Shown here: in pieces, positions 38,078 through 47,101 of the stretch
Layout of the letters: each line of letters starts with the position of its first letter
How positions within the stretch are numbered: the first letter of the stretch is position 1
Origin: Elusimicrobiota bacterium
GTDB lineage: Bacteria > Elusimicrobiota > Elusimicrobia > UBA1565 > UBA9628
Reading direction: 5' to 3'
DNA: 64,000 nucleotides
NCBI GenBank assembly: GCA_023249645.1
Contig: JAHFCF010000008.1
Location: 7,257 to 71,256, forward strand
The notes under the pieces: generated by a model
Told to the model about the DNA's origin: nothing
The model's input: the letters and a program-made list of their open reading frames with translations, nothing else
Database searches by the model: none
Position numbers and translations under genes: made by a program

Positions 38078-38255
38078 GCAGATCTCCTTGTCTGGAGGAT
38101 TTTCTCTGAGCATATACTAACATCACCCAGGCTTTTGCCTCTGGGTCCATTGGACTAGGAAGGGGGCGGCAAAGGACCTAGATGAAAATAGGAAAAAAGA
38201 CCTATTTTCTAAGAGCCGCTCGTCTCAGCAGGGATCGCTGGATGTTCCGGCAGAC

Positions 38256-38380
38256 TGATCCACAAGCTCTTCGCGCGAAGAGTCTGTCAGATGAAATTGG
38301 TGCGCACCAAGTTGATGAACTGTGTCCGGACACAGTCGCCGATTGGGTCCAACTCGGCTCAGGCCGAATTTGATGGATAG
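38256..38380. repeat. Cluster of stacked palindromes (same family as 17326 and 42958)
   Basis: CTCTTCGCGCGAAGAG (38267-38282), TTGGTGCGCACCAA (38297-38310), ACTGTGTCCGGACACAGT (38319-38336), AACTCGG..CCGAATT (38351-38370). Confidence 0.88.
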
Positions 38381-38468
38381 ATCGGCCAGAAAGTTTGTTG
38401 AAACTTAGATATCTTATATGATATGTATCTATTTGGTTGAAAGCGGACTGGTTGAGGAGGAGCGCGGC

Positions 38469-38771
38469 ATGAAGACCAAGATGGGGGGCAAACGGATTCT
38501 TTTTCGCGATGATTTAAAGGAGCGGCTCAGGGATCCGAAGTTCCGCCAGGCCTTTGACGCGGCGGACGCGCCAGTCCGTCTGGCGGTCGCGCTGGCGCAG
38601 GCGCGGGTCAGCGCGGGGTTGACGCAGAAAACCCTCGCTCACGCTCTCGGCACCAAGCAATCGAATATTTCCCGCATGGAGAAGGGAATCCAGAATGTGA
38701 CAGTCGGCACCCTGGAAAAGATCGCCCAGGCGCTTCACCGGAAGCTGGAAATCAGGTTCCGTCCCGCTTAG
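38469..38771 (+). CDS. XRE-family HTH protein (HigA-like antitoxin, no cognate toxin seen)
   Basis: LRDPKFRQAF, ARVSAGLTQKTLA..LGTKQSNISRMEKG. Confidence 0.8.
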   Translation: MKTKMGGKRILFRDDLKERLRDPKFRQAFDAADAPVRLAVALAQARVSAGLTQKTLAHALGTKQSNISRMEKGIQNVTVGTLEKIAQALHRKLEIRFRPA

Positions 38772-40012
38772 GCCGCGCCGCTTTTCTCAGCGAGAAGGCG
38801 GACCAGATGGAGCGCGGTCTCGAGGGATTTCTCCATGGAGTAGAGCGAGGCCCATTCCGTCTTGGAGTGGGCGTTCGAGCCGCCCATCCAGATGTTGGGC
38901 GTGGGCAGACCCATGGCCGTCAAGCGCGAGCCGTCCGTGCCGCCGCGGATGGGGACCCAGCGGGGCTCCAACCCCGCGCGCTTGACCGCTTCTTCCAAGA
39001 CTTCGAGCACCAGGGGATTCTTCTCCAAGATGGGGCCCATGTTCCTGTAGGATTCAAGCGCTTCCACGGCGATCGCGGCCTTGGGATGGAGGGGCCGGAC
39101 CTCGGCGACGATGGCCTCCACGCGCTTTCTCAAGGCCCTGAGCCCCTCGGTCTCGAAGTCCCGCAGGAGGATCTTGACCACGGCCTTGCCCACTCCGGCT
39201 TCCAGGGCGTAGGGGTGGATGTACGGCTGGCGGCCTTCGGTCGTCTCGGGAGCCATGTCCTGGGGGAGTCTGGCCACGATCTCGCAGGCCGCGCGCGCGG
39301 CGTTGACCATGATGTCCTTGGCTGAACCGGGATGGATGTCTCGGCCTGTCACGGTCACCAGCAGCGTGTCCGCGCTGAAAGTCTCCTTGTTGATCTCGCC
39401 CGCCTTGTCGCCGTCGATGGTGTAGGCCATGTCCGCGCCGAAGGACTTGAGGTTGAAGAACTTGGAGCCTGAACCGACCTCTTCGTCCGGGGTGAAGGCG
39501 ATCTTGACGTCGCCGCGGGGCATCTTCGGGTCCTTCATCAAGGCCTCGGCCAGGGCCATGACGATGGCGACTCCGGCCTTGTCGTCGGCGCCCAAGAGCG
39601 TGGTGCCGTCCGTCGTGACGACGGTCCGGCCCATCTCCGAAGCGAGCTGCGGGTTCTCCGAGACGCGGATGACCGCGGAAGGGTCTTTGGGAAGGACGAT
39701 GTCCCCTCCTTTATAAGTGAGGATCTGTGGCTTGACGCCCGCGCCCGAGACCTCCGGCGAGGTGTCCACATGGGCGATGAAGCCCACGACCGGGACTTTG
39801 GGCCTGTTGCCCGCCAGCGAGGCCATGACATAGCCGTGCTTGTCGAGCTTGGCGGTCTTGATGCCGAGGGCTTTGAGTTCCTTGACGAGTATCCTTGAGA
39901 GGTCGAGCTGTTTGGCGGTGCTGGGGAAATCAGGCGAGTCTTCCTGGGATTGCGTGTCCACCTGCACGTAGCGCAAGAAGCGATCGAGGAGCGGGTTGCT
40001 TCTGGGCCTCAA
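38768..40012 (-). CDS. pepT: Peptidase T
   Basis: RFLRYVQVDTQS, AHVDTS, TTLLGADDKAG, FTPDEE, HPGSAK, IRGGTDG. Confidence 0.93.
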   Translation of the reverse strand: MRPRSNPLLDRFLRYVQVDTQSQEDSPDFPSTAKQLDLSRILVKELKALGIKTAKLDKHGYVMASLAGNRPKVPVVGFIAHVDTSPEVSGAGVKPQILTYKGGDIVLPKDPSAVIRVSENPQLASEMGRTVVTTDGTTLLGADDKAGVAIVMALAEALMKDPKMPRGDVKIAFTPDEEVGSGSKFFNLKSFGADMAYTIDGDKAGEINKETFSADTLLVTVTGRDIHPGSAKDIMVNAARAACEIVARLPQDMAPETTEGRQPYIHPYALEAGVGKAVVKILLRDFETEGLRALRKRVEAIVAEVRPLHPKAAIAVEALESYRNMGPILEKNPLVLEVLEEAVKRAGLEPRWVPIRGGTDGSRLTAMGLPTPNIWMGGSNAHSKTEWASLYSMEKSLETALHLVRLLAEKSGAA

Positions 40013-40668
40013 GGCTTCTTGGTCCCGGCCGAGTAGCGCGCGGCGGCCTTGTCGAGTTCGCGCAGATCCTCAGGGGAGAGCTCGGCTTGCCTGCCGGCCA
40101 GAAGCGTGCCTTGGACGACCTCGGCGAAATGCTCGACGAGCTCCATGCGGTTGGAGGCCTCGAAAAGGTTGCGGCCATAGACGACCACGCCGTGGTTGCC
40201 CATAAGGACGGCCTTATGGCGCGGGACGAGGTCCGCCATCGCGGCGGCCACATCCGGCGTGCCGGGAGTGCCGTATTTGGCCAGCGGTACGATGCCCAGA
40301 TCCATGGAGAATTCGCTGGCGATGGGCTGGTCGAGGGCCAGGCCGGCGCAGGCGAAGGCCGTGGCCTTGGGAGGATGGGCGTGGACCACGGCATGGATGT
40401 CGGGCCGCAGCTTGTAGATCTGCAGGTGCAGGTCCTTTTCCGAGGAGGCCTTGAGCCGGCCGAAGCGATGCTGCCCGTCGGGCGAGAGCACGACCATGTC
40501 CTCGGGCTTCATGGAGCCCTTGGAGACTCCCGTGGGCGTGATGAGGATGCGCCAGGCGTCGAGGCGCACCGAGAGATTGCCCGATGTCGCGGGGCAAAAG
40601 CCCTTGTCGCAGAAGAGCTTGCCGTAATGGACCAGCTCGGCCCGATGCTGCGCGTCGGTTTTATTCAT
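40009..40668 (-). CDS. Class II aldolase/adducin family protein
   Basis: SGNLS, ITPTG, SSE, HAH, NHG. Confidence 0.9.
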   Translation of the reverse strand: MNKTDAQHRAELVHYGKLFCDKGFCPATSGNLSVRLDAWRILITPTGVSKGSMKPEDMVVLSPDGQHRFGRLKASSEKDLHLQIYKLRPDIHAVVHAHPPKATAFACAGLALDQPIASEFSMDLGIVPLAKYGTPGTPDVAAAMADLVPRHKAVLMGNHGVVVYGRNLFEASNRMELVEHFAEVVQGTLLAGRQAELSPEDLRELDKAAARYSAGTKKP

Positions 40669-40669
40669 G

Positions 40670-41674
40670 TTAAAAAGCTGCCTGGAGCGCTTCCTGGATC
40701 CGTCTTTTTTGATAGGGGATCAGGACTTTCGTGAACATGTCCTGAGCCTGCGTCAAGCGGGGAAACATTTTTTTCTGGATCAGGTCGCTTTTGCGGGCGA
40801 TGACGGTGGAGATCGGCGTGCCGGCGGCTTGGTCCTGGATGTCCTGGTCCGCATCCGCCAAGAGATCGTCGCACATCGTCACGAGGCGGGAGAAAGCCGC
40901 GCGCGCTTGCGGCAGGACCGGGTCCATGGCGTCGCGGATGGATCGGACGGCCGAGTCGCAGCGCGACCAGCGATCGAGAGTCTGCTCCAGAGGATTGTGG
41001 AGATGGGTGATGAGGGAGATGCGGCTGGTCGCCTGGAGGATCTGGTCGGGATCCGTCGGCATGCGGCCGGGCTTGAAAAGCAGGCTGAAATAACCGGGCA
41101 GGATGGTCCGGAGGTCTTGAAGCGGCATGGAGGCGAGGATCGGGGGGTCCGCTTGCGGGATCTCCGCGGCGTAGCCGTCGATGTGAGAGGCCAAGACGCG
41201 GGAAGTCTGCGCGTAGAGCGAGCGCCTCTTCTTTTCCACCCCCAGGCGTTGGGGAAGGGATCGGGGCAGGACGTCGCCGAACTCGTCTTGGACCTGTGTG
41301 TCGTTGTCCGGGTCCAGGGCGCTGTCGATCGCGGTCATGTATCCTTGATAGATCCGTTTGCGATTTTCCCATGAGATCTTGCGCGATTGGGGATCGGCCA
41401 TGAGGTGGAGCGCCATCGCTTGCGCCTGCTTGTGATCCGTGTTGGATAAGTGGTCATCGTCGATCAGGGCTTTGGAGATGTCGTCGTGGATCCTGGAGAA
41501 GTCGCGCTGGAGTCTGTCGAGCGACCAGGCGGAGGGGTCGTTCGGGTTTCCGTGCGTGCGCCAGGAGGCTACTTGAGCGGAGTTGACTGGTCTGCTTGCG
41601 GGCGCAGCCGCCCCAAGTCCCATGGGCAAGACCCAGGTCAGAACAGCGATTGTCGCCAGCTTGTTCTTCAGCAT
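40670..41674 (-). CDS. Secreted hypothetical protein (paralogous to 15921-17276)
   Basis: Signal peptide; WRTHGNPNDPSA motif. Confidence 0.6.
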   Translation of the reverse strand: MLKNKLATIAVLTWVLPMGLGAAAPASRPVNSAQVASWRTHGNPNDPSAWSLDRLQRDFSRIHDDISKALIDDDHLSNTDHKQAQAMALHLMADPQSRKISWENRKRIYQGYMTAIDSALDPDNDTQVQDEFGDVLPRSLPQRLGVEKKRRSLYAQTSRVLASHIDGYAAEIPQADPPILASMPLQDLRTILPGYFSLLFKPGRMPTDPDQILQATSRISLITHLHNPLEQTLDRWSRCDSAVRSIRDAMDPVLPQARAAFSRLVTMCDDLLADADQDIQDQAAGTPISTVIARKSDLIQKKMFPRLTQAQDMFTKVLIPYQKRRIQEALQAAF

Positions 41675-41754
41675 GGATTCATTTTAGCGTAAAAAAGATT
41701 CTCGCGATAGAGTCCTTTGGGTCTTTTGGTCCGTTATGATATCCTTATGGAGCT

Positions 41755-42951
41755 ATGAAACCAGAGAAGATCCGCCCTGCCAGGCGCACGCGGGACATCA
41801 CCTATGCCGTGCGCGACGTCGTGGCCCTGGCCCAGGAAACGGCCAAGACCGGCCGCGAGATGCTTTACCTCAACATCGGCGACCCCAACAAGTTCGATTT
41901 CACCACCCCGCCGCACCTCATTGAGGTGGTGCTCAAGGCCATGCGCGACAATCACAACGGCTACTCCCCGTCCTCCGGCATCCCCGCGGCCGTCAAGGCC
42001 GTCGAGAAGGACTCCGCGGCCAAGGGCATCAGGAATATCCGCGATGTCTTCATCACCAGCGGCGGCAGCGAGGCGATCGAGATCGCGCTCACCGCCCTTG
42101 TGGACCGGGGCGACAATGTCCTCATCCCCTATCCCGGCTACCCGCTCTATGAGGCGGTCCTGGCCAAGCTCGAGGCCGAGGCCAGGCCCTATTTCCTCGA
42201 CGAGTCCAAGGGCTGGCTTCCTGATCTCGACGACATCCGCTCGAGGATCGACTCCAAGACCCGGGCGATCGTGCTCATCAACCCCAACAACCCCACGGGA
42301 GCGGTCTATCCCCGCGAGCTCCTGCGATGCATCTTGGCCTTGGCCGCTGAGAAGGGGATCCTGGTCTTCTCGGATGAGATCTACGACCGCCTGGTCTTGG
42401 ACACCGTCGAGCCCGTGTCCATCGCCTCCCTGGACAGCGAAGCGCCGGTCTTGACCTTCAACGGCCTTTCCAAGGGATTCCTCGCGCCAGGCTGGCGCAT
42501 GGGCTGGGGCGTGGCGAGCGGCAACGGCGAGATCCTCAAGGACTATCTGGCCGGCGTCAACAAGATCCTTCGCGCTCGGCTGTGCGCCAGCCACCCCATG
42601 CAGCACGCCGTGGCCGCGGCCCTGGAGGGGGAGAAGGCTTTCCTGGCGCAGACCCGCGAGAAGCTGCGCCGGCGTCGCGACATCACCTGCGAGATGCTCA
42701 ACGGCCCCGGCATCTCGACCGTGCGGCCTCAGGCCGCCTTCTACGCCTTCCCCAAGCTCGACATCCAGGGTACGGACGAGGATTTCGTCAAGAAACTCAT
42801 CCAGGAGACCGGCGTTGTGACAGTGCACGGTTCGGGCTTCGGCCAGAAGCCCGGCAGCAAGCATCTGCGCGTCGTGTTCCTGCCGAGCGAGGATGTCCTG
42901 CGCAAGGCTTATGGGAATCTCCTGGAGTTTCTGAAGACACACCGCCGATGA
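41755..42951 (+). CDS. Class I/II PLP aminotransferase (AlaA-like)
   Basis: LNIGDP, INPNNPTG, DEIY, GLSK...GWRMG. Confidence 0.92.
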   Translation: MKPEKIRPARRTRDITYAVRDVVALAQETAKTGREMLYLNIGDPNKFDFTTPPHLIEVVLKAMRDNHNGYSPSSGIPAAVKAVEKDSAAKGIRNIRDVFITSGGSEAIEIALTALVDRGDNVLIPYPGYPLYEAVLAKLEAEARPYFLDESKGWLPDLDDIRSRIDSKTRAIVLINPNNPTGAVYPRELLRCILALAAEKGILVFSDEIYDRLVLDTVEPVSIASLDSEAPVLTFNGLSKGFLAPGWRMGWGVASGNGEILKDYLAGVNKILRARLCASHPMQHAVAAALEGEKAFLAQTREKLRRRRDITCEMLNGPGISTVRPQAAFYAFPKLDIQGTDEDFVKKLIQETGVVTVHGSGFGQKPGSKHLRVVFLPSEDVLRKAYGNLLEFLKTHRR

Positions 42952-42957
42952 GGAGAG

Positions 42958-43043
42958 CTTGGTGCGCGCCAAGTTGAGGGGTGCTGTGTCCGGACACAGT
43001 TCCAACGCTGGCCCAACTCGGCCTGGACCGAGTCGGTGGATAA
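42958..43043. repeat. Palindrome cluster overlapping the 5' end of the cupin gene
   Basis: CTTGGTGCGCGCCAAG (42958-42973), CTGTGTCCGGACACAG (42984-42999), ACTCGGCCTGGACCGAGT (43016-43033), GGTGGATAA. Confidence 0.85.
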
Positions 43044-43483
43044 CTCCGCTGATCCGGAGTCTGCGCTTGAAACCCCACGTGGAGGGCGGATTCTTCCGCG
43101 AGACGTATCGGGCGCCTGGCCGCATTTGCCGCGCGACGTCCATCCTCTTCCTGCTTCCAGCCGGGAGCGTGTCGCGGCTGCATCGGATCAAGTCTGACGA
43201 GATATGGTTTTTTCATCTCGGAGGCCCTCTTGTCATCGTCGAACTCGATGAGAGTTTAGGCCGCCTTCGTCGCACGAGGCTGGGTCCACAGTACTGTCTG
43301 CAGCACACGGTCAAGGCTGGGACTTGGTTCGGCGCTTATCCTGAGAAGGCGACGAAGTTTTCCTTGGTCGGCTGCGTCGTGGCCCCAGGCTTTGACTTTA
43401 AGGATTTTGAACTCGCTCAAAGAAAAACGCTTTGCCGTGCGTTCCCGCGCTATCGCCGGCTCATCGAGAGGCTTACCGCATGA
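42962..43483 (+). CDS. DUF985 (cupin_5) family protein
   Basis: LKPHVEGGFFRETY, HRIKSDEIWFFH, CVVAPGFDF; start uncertain (GTG 42962 after GAGGAG, or TTG 42959). Confidence 0.85.
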   Translation: MRAKLRGAVSGHSSNAGPTRPGPSRWITPLIRSLRLKPHVEGGFFRETYRAPGRICRATSILFLLPAGSVSRLHRIKSDEIWFFHLGGPLVIVELDESLGRLRRTRLGPQYCLQHTVKAGTWFGAYPEKATKFSLVGCVVAPGFDFKDFELAQRKTLCRAFPRYRRLIERLTA

Positions 43484-45471
43484 TGGAGCTTCTCGCCCCA
43501 GCCGGAGATTGGGCCGCGCTGGAGTCGGCCCTGGAGGCTGGTGTCAATGCGGTTTACCTGGGATTGCGGGATCTCAATGCCCGCCGGCGGGCCAAGAATT
43601 TCGGCGTGGATGAGTTCGCTCGGGCCATCGAGGCTGCCCACGTCCGTCATGCGCGGGTCTATCTCACGCTCAACACGGACATCGCCGAGCGCGAGCTGGG
43701 AGAGGCGGCGCGATCCCTGGAGCTGGCGCGCCGATGCGGCGCTGACGCGGTCCTGGTGCGCGATCCGGCGCTCTTCGCTCTGCGGCCTCTTTATCCGGGA
43801 TTGGAATTCCACCTGAGCACGCAGGCCTGCGCGGCGAACAGCGCTGACGCGGCCGCGGCCCTCGCTTTGGATATGCAGCGGGTGGTTCTGGCGCGCGAGC
43901 TCTCTTTAAAAGAAATCGCCGCGGCTTCGAGCGTGCCTGGCATGAAGACCGAGGTCTTTGTCCAAGGGGCGCTTTGCTTCTCTGTCTCCGGGCGCTGCCT
44001 TCTCTCCAGCTGGGCCGGCGGCCGCAGCGGCAACCGCGGCGCTTGCGCAAGCCCCTGCCGTGTGCCCTGGACCGTGGATGGCGAGAGCGCCACGACCGTC
44101 TTATCCATGAAGGACCTTTGCGCCTTGCCTCATGTGGAGGGACTGCGGCGCGCGGGAGTCGCGGCCTTGAAGATCGAGGGGCGTTTGAAGAGCGCGGAGT
44201 GGGTGCGCCGGGCGGTCGGCATCTATCATCGGGCTTTGGCGGGGGAAGATCTGAGTCAGCTCGGTCTTGAAGCTCAAGCACTGGGCGATTACACGGGCCG
44301 CGAGCAGACCTGCGGCCATCTCGAGGGCCGCCACGAGGGATTGACCGGGGTCTTCGGCCGCCCGCAAGGGGAAGGCGGGTCGTTGAGAGCGGCGTCTGAA
44401 AAACCGGTGTATGACTTGGTCGTATCGGTTGCGGAAAAAACGATCTCATGCCGGTGCGCTTGGGCGGATCAAGTCCGGGAATGGTCCTTGCCTAAGACCG
44501 CGGTACGGCGTGTAAAAAAAGCTATATCTTTAAAAGATATTTTAAAGAGATTGGAAGAGGAATCCATCCAAGGGCTCAGGCTTGGTCATGCGGAGATCAA
44601 TGAGCCGGATCTCCTTCTGCCTCCTCGGGCGGCCAATGCCTTGGTCGACCGTCTTTCCGTCGAGCTTCGGCTCATGCGCAAGAAGCCCGAGAGAAAAATC
44701 CGTTTGGAATTGCCGGCTCCAGTCCGTGAAATCTTGGCTCCCACGAAGCTGAACCCCGGGAATCGGCTCTGTCTGGGAGATCCGTCCGATCGCGTCCGCC
44801 TTGCAGCGGCCCAGGTCGAGTCCTTCGCCGCGCTGATCCCTGCCGGAGGCGCGCTCGTCGAAGGGCTCGATGCTTCGCAGGTGCGCCAGGGTCCTTTCGT
44901 CGTGGCTCTGCCTTCTGTCTTTTTTGAGGACGACATCCCGAAGATCCAGGCGCTGATCTTGGCCTGCAAGAAGTTCGGCTTGCCTGTGGAGGTCAATAGT
45001 CTCGGAGGATGGCATCTGGCCAAGGAAGTCGGTGTGGCTATGGAGGGAGGACCTGGCTTGTCCGTCTTGAATTCTCTGGCTGCCCGGCGGTTGATGGAGA
45101 TGGGACTCTCCAGCGTTACGTTTTCTTTAGAAGCTGACAAGCAGCAGCTCGAGGACATGTCCGCGCATTGTCTTTTGCCCTGCTCGATCGTCGTCTATGG
45201 CAGGCCGGCGCTCATGACCACGCGCGTGAAGATCGGATTCGAAGGGAAGGTCATCGAAGACCGCCGGGGCGTTCGCTTGCGGGCCAGGAAGGAAGGCAGC
45301 GTCCGGGTCCTGCGTCCCACGGATCCGTTCGATTGGCGGGAGCTCAAGAATCCGCGCATCCGGGCAGCGCATCTGGTCGTGGACCTGGTCGGCTCGGCGA
45401 ATGCTGAGGGTGATTGGCGTTCCGCGCCCTCGAAAAACAGGTTTTTCAACTACAGCCGGACCTTGGCTTGA
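43480..45471 (+). CDS. Peptidase U32 family protein (RNA hydroxylation-type)
   Basis: ELLAPAG, HLSTQ, LAREL, CFSVSGRC, SGNRGACASPCR, LKIEGR. Confidence 0.85.
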   Translation: MMELLAPAGDWAALESALEAGVNAVYLGLRDLNARRRAKNFGVDEFARAIEAAHVRHARVYLTLNTDIAERELGEAARSLELARRCGADAVLVRDPALFALRPLYPGLEFHLSTQACAANSADAAAALALDMQRVVLARELSLKEIAAASSVPGMKTEVFVQGALCFSVSGRCLLSSWAGGRSGNRGACASPCRVPWTVDGESATTVLSMKDLCALPHVEGLRRAGVAALKIEGRLKSAEWVRRAVGIYHRALAGEDLSQLGLEAQALGDYTGREQTCGHLEGRHEGLTGVFGRPQGEGGSLRAASEKPVYDLVVSVAEKTISCRCAWADQVREWSLPKTAVRRVKKAISLKDILKRLEEESIQGLRLGHAEINEPDLLLPPRAANALVDRLSVELRLMRKKPERKIRLELPAPVREILAPTKLNPGNRLCLGDPSDRVRLAAAQVESFAALIPAGGALVEGLDASQVRQGPFVVALPSVFFEDDIPKIQALILACKKFGLPVEVNSLGGWHLAKEVGVAMEGGPGLSVLNSLAARRLMEMGLSSVTFSLEADKQQLEDMSAHCLLPCSIVVYGRPALMTTRVKIGFEGKVIEDRRGVRLRARKEGSVRVLRPTDPFDWRELKNPRIRAAHLVVDLVGSANAEGDWRSAPSKNRFFNYSRTLA

Positions 45472-45489
45472 AAATTGTATGATTGAGAT

Positions 45490-45708
45490 GTGGACTTTGA
45501 TTCAGAGGAGGCGCGCCAATGGGCACTCATGACGCCCGTTCAGCGCTATTTGGAGAGCTCTCAGCTCTGGTCCAACTACATCCTCCTGGGAGGTTCACTT
45601 GATCCCGAGCCCGATTCACAAAGCCCTTTTGACTTTCCAGAACTGCAGCGCGCGGTTCCTTCTGATGGGAGGCCAGGCGTGCATATTGTACGGCGCGGCG
45701 GAATTTAG
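45490..45708 (+). CDS. Small protein, putative partner of the downstream nucleotidyltransferase
   Basis: 72-aa ORF with W.LMTP.QR..ES..LW pattern; overlaps the next gene. Confidence 0.5.
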   Translation: MDFDSEEARQWALMTPVQRYLESSQLWSNYILLGGSLDPEPDSQSPFDFPELQRAVPSDGRPGVHIVRRGGI

Positions 45709-46348
45709 CCGCGATGTAGACCTCGCCATCGCCAGCGATGGGGAGAATCTGGAGCGCCTCAAGAAAGCCCTCGCCGAATTGCACGCGGAAAGCGTTTTCG
45801 TTCCTTCTCTGGACGCGGAGGTGTTGAAGCGAGGCCATTCCTGCCATTTCCGCTGCCATACTCCTGAAACCGAGGGTCTTCGCCTGGACATCATGGCCCG
45901 GATGCGCGGGTGCGATGATTTTGACGCGCTCTGGGAGCGCCGTACCACCATCCAAATCCCAGGAATCGGCGATTTGGGCGTGCTGTCTTTGCCGGATCTG
46001 GTCAAAGCCAAGAAAACCCAGCGCGAGAAAGATTGGCCCATGATCCGCCGATTGATCGAAGCGGACATTCTGCAGGCTCAAGACAAGGCGACGGAAAAGC
46101 AGATCCGGTTTTGGCTTCAAGAATGCCGCACAGTGTCGGAACTTGTGCGCTTGGCCCAAGAATGGCCGGATCTGTGCCGACGCACTTCCGGCCAACGGAA
46201 ACTTTTAGCTCATGCTCTTGCCGGAGATGCGGCAGCGCTTGAAAACAGCCTCCGCGAAGAGGAGTCGTCCGAAAAGGACGTTGACCGCCGCTATTGGACT
46301 CCCTTGCGCCTAGAGTTGGAAAAGTGGCGGCATGAAAGAAAGTCTTAA
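45599..46348 (+). CDS. Nucleotidyltransferase-fold protein
   Basis: GGQA..LYG..FSRDVD (GG...DxD), DLVKAKKTQREKD; GGGAGG RBS before the TTG start. Confidence 0.7.
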   Translation: MIPSPIHKALLTFQNCSARFLLMGGQACILYGAAEFSRDVDLAIASDGENLERLKKALAELHAESVFVPSLDAEVLKRGHSCHFRCHTPETEGLRLDIMARMRGCDDFDALWERRTTIQIPGIGDLGVLSLPDLVKAKKTQREKDWPMIRRLIEADILQAQDKATEKQIRFWLQECRTVSELVRLAQEWPDLCRRTSGQRKLLAHALAGDAAALENSLREEESSEKDVDRRYWTPLRLELEKWRHERKS

Positions 46349-46354
46349 CGCCGC

Positions 46355-47101
46355 TCAGCGGCTCTGCTGAAGCCCGCCGAAGGCCCACACGCCCCAGGCC
46401 GCGGCCGCGGCGGAGAAGACCAGGATCGCGGCCAGGTCCGTGACCGGCGAGAACACGCTCCAGCCCAGCATGACGTGGCGCATCAGGTCGACACAGTAGG
46501 TGAACGGGTCGAGGCACGAGGCAAGCCTGAGCCATTGGACGGATCCGGAGATGTCGAAGAGCGCTCCGCCGAAGAAGAACATGGGCCAGGTCAGAAAACT
46601 CATGACCAGGCCGAAGCCTTCCATGCTCTTCATGCGCGCGCCGATCGCGAGTCCGATCGTGGCCATGAGAAACGAGGTGAGAGTCGACACGAGCAGCGCC
46701 CAGAGGAACTGGGCGGGCCCCAGGGGCAGGATGATGGCCGCGCCGAGGATCATCAGGATCAAGGCTTCCAGGATGGCGCCGACCATCCCGCCCAGGGTCT
46801 TCCCCATGAAGAGGGTAGAGCGCGAGATGGGCGCGACCAAGACCTCCTTCAAGAAATCGAGCCGCTTGTCCCAGATGATGTAGAGCCCGTAAGTGATGGC
46901 GGTAAACAGGATGACCATGCAGACGATCCCCGGGAAGATGAACTGCTGGTAACTGTACCCAGGCACGGGGCTGTGTCCCGAGAGGCCGTGGCCCACCACG
47001 AAGAGGAAGAGGAGCGGCGAGATGAGGACGGCGAGTATGCGCTCCTTCTCCCGGAAATAGATCTTGACCTCGCGCAGCAGCAGGGCGTAGACGGCGTTCA
47101 T
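46355..47101 (-). CDS. ABC-2 type permease
   Basis: Six TM segments; FLKEVLVAPISR, PFTYCVD. Confidence 0.9.
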   Translation of the reverse strand: MNAVYALLLREVKIYFREKERILAVLISPLLFLFVVGHGLSGHSPVPGYSYQQFIFPGIVCMVILFTAITYGLYIIWDKRLDFLKEVLVAPISRSTLFMGKTLGGMVGAILEALILMILGAAIILPLGPAQFLWALLVSTLTSFLMATIGLAIGARMKSMEGFGLVMSFLTWPMFFFGGALFDISGSVQWLRLASCLDPFTYCVDLMRHVMLGWSVFSPVTDLAAILVFSAAAAAWGVWAFGGLQQSR

